Origin: Candidatus Kerfeldbacteria bacterium
Lineage (GTDB): Bacteria > Patescibacteriota > Patescibacteriia > UBA10025 > JAHIVO01
Direction of reading: 5' to 3'
Assembly: GCA_016214565.1 (NCBI GenBank)
Contig: JACROE010000002.1
Span: forward strand, 664,007-728,006
Length of the DNA stretch: 64,000 nt
The notes beneath the pieces are model-generated. The model did no database searches. It was not told the DNA's origin and worked only from the letters and a program-made list of their open reading frames with translations. Positions 40,141-47,750 of the stretch are shown piece after piece (position 1 is the first letter of the stretch; every line of letters begins with the position of its first letter). Made by a program: the position numbers and the translations under genes.

Positions 40141-41283
40141 ATGCCTCGACGAATTCTCATTTTTATTATCAGTGGGAGCATTATCGGCATCGTGGGTTTC
40201 TGGGCTGCCTCAGCTCAGGCTGCGGTCATGAGCGTTGCGCCGCAATCCCAGACGGTTTCACTGGGGGACACGTTTATTGCCACCGTGCAGGTGGATAGCG
40301 AGCGGGAATACATCAATGTGGTGCAAGGCACTATTGTGTATCCCACTGACCTGCTCGAGGCAGTTTCCGTTGATACGGGAGCTTCTTTTCTCAGCATGTG
40401 GGTCACCCCGCCTACCATTGATGCGGCTAGTGGCACCATTGCATTCCTCGGTGGCAAGCCAAATGGCACGTTGGTGGCTGACAGCCCGGTACTGCGCATT
40501 ACTTTCCGCGCGCGGGCACTAGGAACCGCTACGGTATCGATGAATGATTCCGATGCCGTCATTCATCTCAATGATGGCAATGGCACGCGGGCAGCATTGA
40601 GTTTATTGACAGCTCAATGGAGTATTACTAATCCCGCGCCTGACAATTTAGCTATTGAATCCGCTACGCATCCGGATCCTGATGCCTGGTATCAGGCAAC
40701 GACATTTCAGGCAACCTGGGAAAAGCGAGCGGGGGCATTCTATAGTTATGAAATTTCCGACCAAATCACCACAATTCCCGATGACATTGCCGATGAGCCG
40801 AGCGATCAAGCCAGCTTTGCGGATGTGGGGGATGGTATTCATTATTTCATTCTGCGTGAGCGGCTGCCGCGCGATGACTGGCAGGTCGTCGGCATTCGTC
40901 GATTCCAAATTGACGCGACGAAGCCGCTGCCGATTGACGCGGTCGTGCATCGCGACGACCAGTCGTATAATGGACGGTATGTCTTGAGTTTCAATACCTA
41001 TGATACGACGTCCGGTGTGGACTTCTATGAAGTAGTCGAGGGAAATCAAGTCGTTTCTCCCGCGACCAGCCCGTATCTACTGACTGATCAATCGCGTCGC
41101 GATGAGATTGTCGTGCGCGCCCTTGATCGAGCGGGGAATACTACTCAGACCATCATTGCCAGCGCCGGGGCTCCGAGCGTCGTTGACTCGGTTGATATGA
41201 ATATTATACTAGTCTGCGGCATTGTTTTAGGGCTTGCCGTTTGCATCTTAGCTTTTGCCGCGTTGCGGCGTCGACCATCATGA
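40141..41283 (+). CDS. Cohesin-domain protein with Ig/FN3-like domains and C-terminal TM
   Basis: Signal peptide from ATG 40141; GDTFIATVQVDS..INVVQGTIVYP..FLSMW..GG.PNG; SATHPDPDAWY; VRALDRAGN; C-terminal TM. Confidence 0.8.
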   Translation: MPRRILIFIISGSIIGIVGFWAASAQAAVMSVAPQSQTVSLGDTFIATVQVDSEREYINVVQGTIVYPTDLLEAVSVDTGASFLSMWVTPPTIDAASGTIAFLGGKPNGTLVADSPVLRITFRARALGTATVSMNDSDAVIHLNDGNGTRAALSLLTAQWSITNPAPDNLAIESATHPDPDAWYQATTFQATWEKRAGAFYSYEISDQITTIPDDIADEPSDQASFADVGDGIHYFILRERLPRDDWQVVGIRRFQIDATKPLPIDAVVHRDDQSYNGRYVLSFNTYDTTSGVDFYEVVEGNQVVSPATSPYLLTDQSRRDEIVVRALDRAGNTTQTIIASAGAPSVVDSVDMNIILVCGIVLGLAVCILAFAALRRRPS

Positions 41284-43679
41284 AGATCCGTATATTATTA
41301 TTAGGAGTATTATTGGTAGGAATTTTTTTTGCGTTACCATGGATTGCCGATGCTGCCACGCTCCAATTATCGCCGAGTAGCGGAAGCTATAATTCAGGAC
41401 AAACATTTTCTGTTGAGTTGCGCGTCAACAGCGACGGTGTAGCGATAAACGCGGCGGAATCAACCATCCGCTTTCCGCAAAATCTTGTTCAAATCGAATC
41501 AATTTCCTCGGCCGGCATTTTTACCTTTTGGCCGGTTAGCCCAACTTTTTCGAATGCCACCGGGATTATGTCCTTTAGCGGCGGACTGCCCAATCCTGGA
41601 TACACCGGCAGTGCGGGAAAAATTTTGACTATTATGTTCCGTAGCATCGCTGCGGGGTCAATTCAGATTCGCACCGAAAATAGTCGAGTGCTCGCCAATG
41701 ACGGCCAGGGGACCGATGTTATGACGACGGAAGGTACGATTGGCACCTTTGCGGTTTCTGAAGACCCGGTCGTTTTGCCTGATGCGCCGACTGTTTCCTC
41801 ACCTTCGCATCCCGACCCGAACCAGTGGTACAATAATCCAAATCCGATTTTTTCCTGGGATCCGGTGAGCGGTGCGACGGGGTATAGCGTGGCGTATGAC
41901 GATCAGCCTGCCACTACGCCTGATACGACGGTAGACGTGATTGGGACGACGCAGGCCTATACCGCCATTGGTGATGGTACGTGGTATTTCCACATTCGTG
42001 CGGAAAACGTTGATGGCTGGGGTACTACCGCACATTTTCGAACTCAAATTGATTTGACAGCTCCTGAACCATTTTCGATTGAGTTTCTGGATGGCACGTC
42101 ACTGACGAATACCACGCTCCGGCTGAGCTTTATGACAACCGATAATGGCTCAGGCATGGCATATTACGGAGTGGTGATCGATGGAGGAGATCCGATTCGG
42201 GTTGAGGTTGGCTCGGCCGATTCTTTTTCGTATTCGAGTTTGAGTTTTGGTTCACATAGCGTCATTGTTCGCGCCATTGATGCGGCGGGGAATGCCGCTA
42301 CTGCCAGCGGCTCTTTTACCATGACACGACCCAATCCGCCGGTATATATCCCTAATGATTCTGATCGGCCTGATCAAATCATCATCGATACGATTGATGA
42401 AATTTTACCTACCCCAATCCGTAATTTTAGTTCGGCGGTAAGCAATGTGGTTAATCGTATCCAGCAGAATGAGGAAGTAGTTAGGATAATTGAAGAAATT
42501 ATTACGCCCGTTATCAGCACCACCGCAGTGGTGACGGCCACCGGCGTCGCTACGAGCGTGGCAGCGTTGCAATTAGGGAATGTCATTTATTTATTCCTGC
42601 GCGTCGGATATCTCTGGTTCGTTCCGGTGGCGGTCGGTAAGCGGCGCAAGCCCTGGGGCATTGTATTTGACAGTACTACCAATCAGCCGGTTCGCCGATC
42701 GATAGTACGGATTTTCTCGAAAGAATTTAATAAATTAAAAGAAACGCAAATCACCGACGGTGAAGGGCGTTTTGGCTTTTTGATCGAGCCGGGTAAGTAT
42801 TTTGTGACTGCCTCGCATCCCGGCTATACCTTCCCTTCGAAATTACTGCGCTCGGCTTCGGTCACGCCATTTGAAAACATTTATCTGGGTGACACCCTGG
42901 AAATGAAAACAGCCGGCCAGCAAGTTTTGGCCATCAATGTGCCGATTGATCCGGACCAGGGAGAAATACCGCGCTCACGGATTCTCTGGCTGCGGGCATT
43001 TAATACAATCGGCAATATTTTAGAGCGTGCCAGCCTGCCATTATTGATTGTCGGTACGATTTCCAGTTGGGCATCACTGATCATTCAGCCGATCACCAAT
43101 AATTATTTATTCCTGATGGTGTACGGTCTCTTGATTATTCTGAAATACCTCGTCTCTCATCATTATGAGAAATCATGGGGAACGGTGGTTGACGCTGCTA
43201 CAAATGCACCGATCGAATTAGGCGTCGTTCGTATTTACAATATGATGACGACCAGCGTGGTAGGGACCCGGGTGACGAATACGACGGGCCAATTCCAAGC
43301 CTTGGTTGCGCCTGGAAAATATTATTTGGTGGTGGTTAAATCAGGCTATGAATCTTTCCAGAGCAAACCGATTATTGTGACGCGAGAGCGCGGCATGATC
43401 CGTTTGACCGTGAAGCTGCGCAAGCATGCCGCACCCGGTGAGCAGCGCGCGGCGGGTGATAAAGCGGTCGAATTAGACTCAATGCGCAGTGATGAGCAGG
43501 CGCCCTTTGCCCCACCCCCACTCCAGGACGTCCGATCAGGCGAGACGCAGGTGGAGGAATCAGCCGCCACGGCTCCGGCTTCGGATTCGCCTTTTGCCCC
43601 GCCAACCTTGCGTGTCGTACCTACAAAGAAGGACAGCTTTTCACACTCAGAACCATCAGGCAAACCTGAAAAAAAGTAA
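41280..43679 (+). CDS. Cohesin + Ig/FN3 membrane protein with two carboxypeptidase-regulatory-like domains
   Basis: ATG 41280 overlaps the upstream stop; GQTFSVELRVNS..INAAE..GGLPNPGY; SPSHPDPNQWY; KPWGIVFDS..TDGEGRFGF..PGKY and a second WGTVVD..PGKY. Confidence 0.8.
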   Translation: MKIRILLLGVLLVGIFFALPWIADAATLQLSPSSGSYNSGQTFSVELRVNSDGVAINAAESTIRFPQNLVQIESISSAGIFTFWPVSPTFSNATGIMSFSGGLPNPGYTGSAGKILTIMFRSIAAGSIQIRTENSRVLANDGQGTDVMTTEGTIGTFAVSEDPVVLPDAPTVSSPSHPDPNQWYNNPNPIFSWDPVSGATGYSVAYDDQPATTPDTTVDVIGTTQAYTAIGDGTWYFHIRAENVDGWGTTAHFRTQIDLTAPEPFSIEFLDGTSLTNTTLRLSFMTTDNGSGMAYYGVVIDGGDPIRVEVGSADSFSYSSLSFGSHSVIVRAIDAAGNAATASGSFTMTRPNPPVYIPNDSDRPDQIIIDTIDEILPTPIRNFSSAVSNVVNRIQQNEEVVRIIEEIITPVISTTAVVTATGVATSVAALQLGNVIYLFLRVGYLWFVPVAVGKRRKPWGIVFDSTTNQPVRRSIVRIFSKEFNKLKETQITDGEGRFGFLIEPGKYFVTASHPGYTFPSKLLRSASVTPFENIYLGDTLEMKTAGQQVLAINVPIDPDQGEIPRSRILWLRAFNTIGNILERASLPLLIVGTISSWASLIIQPITNNYLFLMVYGLLIILKYLVSHHYEKSWGTVVDAATNAPIELGVVRIYNMMTTSVVGTRVTNTTGQFQALVAPGKYYLVVVKSGYESFQSKPIIVTRERGMIRLTVKLRKHAAPGEQRAAGDKAVELDSMRSDEQAPFAPPPLQDVRSGETQVEESAATAPASDSPFAPPTLRVVPTKKDSFSHSEPSGKPEKK

Positions 43680-43689
43680 AGGGAAACCT

Positions 43690-43717
43690 TTGACTTGCGT
43701 GAAAATTGTGGTATACT
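43690..43717 (+). promoter_or_regulatory. Promoter of the tRNA locus
   Basis: TTGACT-N16-TATACT with extended -10. Confidence 0.6.
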
Positions 43718-43750
43718 AGGCCTAATTCGCGCGTTTTTTCAGTCTATTTT

Positions 43751-43814
43751 GGGCTTGTAGTTCAGTCCCGACGCGAAGCGGTTGGAATTCCGACTGAAAC
43801 GTCAGAATTGGTTA
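43751..43814 (+). pseudogene. tRNA 5' fragment interrupted in the D-loop by a hairpin insertion
   Basis: GGGCTTGTAGTTCAGT-[CCCGACGCGAAGCGGTTGGAATTCCGACTGAAACGTCAGAAT]-TGGTTA; no anticodon or T arm follows. Confidence 0.5.
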
Positions 43815-43863
43815 ATCGTTAGTAGTACATGATAGTTGATCGTCGATATTTAAATATGTTTAT

Positions 43864-43940
43864 GGGTTCGTAGCTCAGTTGGTTAGAGCGCCACATTGAC
43901 ATTGTGGAGGTCAGAGGTTCGACTCCTCTCGGACCCACCA
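43864..43940 (+). tRNA. tRNA-Val (GAC), integration site
   Basis: GGGTTCG...CCACA-TTGACAT-TGTGG...GGTTCGACTCC...CGGACCC-ACCA. Confidence 0.96.
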
Positions 43941-45500
43941 CTTGGAAAAGTCACCATTTGCACTGCCAATACTCCGCTGATGTTCGCCCACCATTTGAGG
44001 TCCGAACGTGCCATTTTCGGACTCCGACAGGCACAGTGATTTTTGGATGAGTTCGAATGGTTTTTGTGCCTGAATGTTGAGGATTTTGTCTTTTAGAAAA
44101 AGGTCCGAACATAACGTCTTGATTAACTTCCGTCGATCTTCCGGGTTACTCTTGGCAAACGTCGTTCTTGCATTGATTGCGGTATTAAACACTTTGCGTG
44201 TCGCTTCAGAAGCCGTCTGAGCCGATTCTTCAAACTCAAATATTCGCCGTTCCAGATCAATTTTTTCAGACTGGAGAAGGGCTTGCCGTTCCCGGTACTG
44301 GTCGTCAGTTATTAACCCGCGCAGGCGGAGCGTGAGTAGTTCAGTGAGTTCTTTGGTTTTCAGTTCAAGCGTGCGTTTCAGCGACCCAAGTCTGGCGACA
44401 GATGCATGTTCGCTCTGTTTGTTTAAGTCAGCTAGTGCCTGGGAAATCCATTCTCTGTACTGCAACGGCAATGAGACTGAATCCATGAAATTCATTAACT
44501 GTCGTTCCAAATACTCTTCGCTAATCGCTCGCTGGGAACAGTCGACGCCCGCTTTGTGGCGGGTACACCGGTAATACGTGTAGCGCGTTCCGTAGCGATT
44601 CGTCTTTTGTTCCGCTGTCACCGAGGCGGCGCATTCTCCGCATTTAATCAGGCCAATATACAAATGGTCGTGCCGCTGTGGGCGCACTGGATTGCGACCA
44701 TGAAGAATATTCTGTACCTTGTCGAATTCTGACTTGGATATCATGGGTGGATGAGCGCCTTTGAAGATTTCTCCGTTGACGCGGAGTACGCCGTAATAGA
44801 AAGGGTTCTGGAGTAATTTCACAAGGCCAGAGAATGCCATCGGCCCTCGTTCGCTTCCATCCCGCAGGGGCGTCATGAGCTTCAGTTGCTTTGTCGCCAG
44901 CCGATGCACCTGCGAGATGGAACTTGTGCCGCTGAGCATTTCGTCCCACAATCGCCGCACGAGATCAAACCGGTCAGGGTCTTTGATGATCGTCTTGTTC
45001 ACTTTCTCATTGAGATAACCAATCGGGGCGGTACGGGGAAGCCAGCCGAGCTCGAGTTTCGCTCTGATACCGCGCTTTACGTTATCCGATAAGTCATCGA
45101 CGTACTTCTTGGCCATGCCGAATTCGAGCTGAATCCAGAATTTGTCGTTTCCTGAATTGGTATACATTGCTGAAGGCGTTATGATTTGCGCCAGTTGCCC
45201 CTGATCGAGCGCCCAGATCAAAGCACCACCGTCGAGTGGGTTTCGGGCAAGCCGGTCGAGTTTCCAGCAAATGACAGTACCCAATTGACCGCGTTCGATG
45301 AGTTTGAACATTTCGTTGAACACCGGCCTGCCCGGAGACTTCGCCGATTTAGCCTCGATATAGACTCTGTCTACTGATAGTCCATGCTGCGCGGCAAGGT
45401 CGTGCATTTCTTTGACCTGAGAGTCAATCGACAAGACCTGCCGGTCTTCCGATTCACTTGATTTGCGGGCGTATATCGCCACGCGGATATTGTTCTTCAT
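43911..45500 (-). CDS. Large serine recombinase (resolvase + recombinase + Zn ribbon + coiled coil)
   Basis: AIYARKSSE..RQVLSI..Q, WKLDRLARN, APIGY, NPFYYG, CGEC..YYRC..C; last codons (WWVREESNL*) lie antisense inside tRNA-Val; start ATG 45500. Confidence 0.93.
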   Translation of the reverse strand: MKNNIRVAIYARKSSESEDRQVLSIDSQVKEMHDLAAQHGLSVDRVYIEAKSAKSPGRPVFNEMFKLIERGQLGTVICWKLDRLARNPLDGGALIWALDQGQLAQIITPSAMYTNSGNDKFWIQLEFGMAKKYVDDLSDNVKRGIRAKLELGWLPRTAPIGYLNEKVNKTIIKDPDRFDLVRRLWDEMLSGTSSISQVHRLATKQLKLMTPLRDGSERGPMAFSGLVKLLQNPFYYGVLRVNGEIFKGAHPPMISKSEFDKVQNILHGRNPVRPQRHDHLYIGLIKCGECAASVTAEQKTNRYGTRYTYYRCTRHKAGVDCSQRAISEEYLERQLMNFMDSVSLPLQYREWISQALADLNKQSEHASVARLGSLKRTLELKTKELTELLTLRLRGLITDDQYRERQALLQSEKIDLERRIFEFEESAQTASEATRKVFNTAINARTTFAKSNPEDRRKLIKTLCSDLFLKDKILNIQAQKPFELIQKSLCLSESENGTFGPQMVGEHQRSIGSANGDFSKWWVREESNL

Positions 45501-45633
45501 ACGTTCGAAGTATTGAGCCAAAAGTAATGAGGCGGTTCGCCATATCCCACGCTTCCGCGTCGGACAGCGTTTCACCGGTCGTTTGTTTGTGTATTTGTTT
45601 GAGGTTTTCTATGTGTTTTTGCAGGAGGGGCAT
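45454..45633 (-). CDS. Small helical protein overlapping the recombinase start (possible accessory or directionality factor)
   Basis: MPLLQKHIENLKQIHKQTTGETLSDAEAWDMANRLITF...; overlaps the recombinase ATG. Confidence 0.6.
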   Translation of the reverse strand: MPLLQKHIENLKQIHKQTTGETLSDAEAWDMANRLITFGSILRTYEEQYPRGDIRPQIK

Positions 45634-45846
45634 GTTCGGCAGTATGCCCGCAAACGGCCAGGGGCCGCAATTGAAACAAGAGGGGAACTCATGGACTTGC
45701 TTGTGGAAAACCGCTTCCCGCACAATATCATTGACTCCGGAGTCCCAATGTCATAATCTTAGAGAAAGCTGACGTAGGATTTGCATAGGCGGTCTGTTAT
45801 TGGACTGCCGACTTTAGGCTATGATTAGTGCGAGGAAGAGCGTGCA

Positions 45847-46587
45847 GTGATGAAGAAGCTGAGTGCCAGAACAGAGGTAGCACAGCGGAGGGAAAGACGC
45901 ACCAGTATTGTCAGGAATTCACAGAAATCGCTGTATCTAGCGGAGAATAACGGAGATGGACTTGACGGGGAAGGTCACTTTCCTCTAAGAAAGCGACATT
46001 CAAGCCCAAACGTCAGAAGCACCCGCGCAGAATACCACCTGACCAAGAGCCGGTTGCGCGTGCTGTTTGCCGCGACCACGAACGAGCGTGACCGGCTCAT
46101 TATGGCGCTCATGGCCGGAACGGGTATGCGAAGGGCAGAGATCACCGCGCTCCAAGTCTCTGACCTGAGACTTCAAGAAAACCTCCTGGTCGTGACGAGT
46201 GGAAAGGGCGGCAAGTCCCGTCTGATACCCCTGACACCAATACTTGCAGGTCAGATTCAGTCCTACTTACGCGGACGCACCGAAGGTCCGGTCTTCCTGA
46301 GCAGATTCAACGGCGCGCTCTGTAACCGACAGCTTAACCGTATCGTGGAAAACGCGGGGAAGCGTGCGGGAGTGAATCACCCCGATCCGCGAAAGACCAA
46401 ACTCACCTGTCATCTCTTTCGCCACACATTCGCCCGGCTCTGGAAGGATGCAGGTGGTAGTATCGAAACGCTTTCATCCATTCTCGGACACGCGAGCCAG
46501 GCAACCACTCTTGACCTGTACGGCAGGGAAGGCTTGTCCGACGTGCGGGCGAACTATGCAAGAACCATGAAGAAGATAGGCATATAG
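45847..46587 (+). CDS. Compact tyrosine recombinase (catalytic domain only; start uncertain)
   Basis: RDRLIMALMAGTGMRRAE, GKGGKSR, HLFRHTFA, LGHAS..TT..Y. Confidence 0.88.
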   Translation: MMKKLSARTEVAQRRERRTSIVRNSQKSLYLAENNGDGLDGEGHFPLRKRHSSPNVRSTRAEYHLTKSRLRVLFAATTNERDRLIMALMAGTGMRRAEITALQVSDLRLQENLLVVTSGKGGKSRLIPLTPILAGQIQSYLRGRTEGPVFLSRFNGALCNRQLNRIVENAGKRAGVNHPDPRKTKLTCHLFRHTFARLWKDAGGSIETLSSILGHASQATTLDLYGREGLSDVRANYARTMKKIGI

Positions 46588-46614
46588 CGAAAACCAACGG
46601 GTAGGAGGAATCTA

Positions 46615-47628
46615 ATGAAGAAAGTGGTATTGGCATCGGTATTGTCCCTGTTGCTGTGGTCGTGCGGCAAGGATAAGGCAACTGATCCGGGCGGACAGGA
46701 CCCGACTCCGCCGACTGTTGTCTCAACCACACCAGCAAACGGGTCCACGGACATCCCGGCGGATATTGTCCTGCAGGCCACATTCTCTCACGACATGGAT
46801 GCAGGTACCCTGACCAACGCCACGTTCACCGTAAGCAATGGCGTAACCGGTTCCGTTTCATACAGCAACAAGGTAGCTACATTCACTCCGAGCGCATCCC
46901 TGACCGCTAATACGTCGTATACGGCAACTATATCGACCGGGGCAAAAGATGGGGCAGGCACCCCCTTAGTGCAGGCGTTCTCTTGGTCGTTCACGACTGC
47001 GAACCCGCCTACGGTCACGGATATTGACGGCAACGTCTACCAGACCGTCACCATCGGTTCGCAGGTCTGGATGAAGGAAAATCTGAAAGTGACTCACTAT
47101 CGCAACAGCGATCCGATACTTCACGTTACGGATAACGCGGCATGGCTCGGTTCCGCTTCCGGGGCTTACTGCGATTACGACAACAATTCAGATAACGTCT
47201 CGACGTATGGTCGCCACTACAACGGCTTTGTGCTCAACGACAGCCGGGGCATAGCGCCCGACGGATGGCACATCCCAAGCGACGACGAATGGTTGACGCT
47301 TGAACGGCAACTCGGGATGACGAATCCTCAGTCTATCCTGAACGGCTGGCGCGGAACGACCGAAGGAGGGATGCTGAAGGCTCAGGGATATTGGGCGAAT
47401 CCAAATGAGGGCGCGACAAACGCAAGCGGATTCACCGCTTTGCCCGCCGGTTTTCGCTATCCGAATGGTTCCTTTCAGAGTCAATTGCTCTATGGCGGTT
47501 TCTGGACATCCACGCTGTCGGGAACCGAATTTGCCTACGCCCGCGCTCTGAGTTACGACACTGCCGCGGTGTATCGCGCAGGGTACGACAGGAGACAGGG
47601 TATGTCCATTCGCTGTGTCAAAGACTAG
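46615..47628 (+). CDS. Lipoprotein with Big_5 Ig domain and Fib_succ_major (FISUMP) domain
   Basis: Lipobox LWS-C; PTVVSTTPANG; TDIDGNVYQTVTIGSQVWMKENL, YGRHYN, P.GWHIPS..EW, GMSIRCVKD; RBS AGGAGG. Confidence 0.9.
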   Translation: MKKVVLASVLSLLLWSCGKDKATDPGGQDPTPPTVVSTTPANGSTDIPADIVLQATFSHDMDAGTLTNATFTVSNGVTGSVSYSNKVATFTPSASLTANTSYTATISTGAKDGAGTPLVQAFSWSFTTANPPTVTDIDGNVYQTVTIGSQVWMKENLKVTHYRNSDPILHVTDNAAWLGSASGAYCDYDNNSDNVSTYGRHYNGFVLNDSRGIAPDGWHIPSDDEWLTLERQLGMTNPQSILNGWRGTTEGGMLKAQGYWANPNEGATNASGFTALPAGFRYPNGSFQSQLLYGGFWTSTLSGTEFAYARALSYDTAAVYRAGYDRRQGMSIRCVKD

Positions 47629-47700
47629 ACTACCGTTGGCGAATCAGATAACGGCTGATTCAACGCGTTTAGGTTATCCATACGGGACGTGTACAAAAAG

Positions 47701-47732
47701 CAACCCCTCGATCCATAGTGGATGAGGGGTTG
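47701..47732. terminator. Terminator between convergent cargo genes
   Basis: CAACCCCTC-GATCCATAGTGGAT-GAGGGGTTG with an A-tract on the left. Confidence 0.65.
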
Positions 47733-47750
47733 GTAAGAGATTGAGAAACA

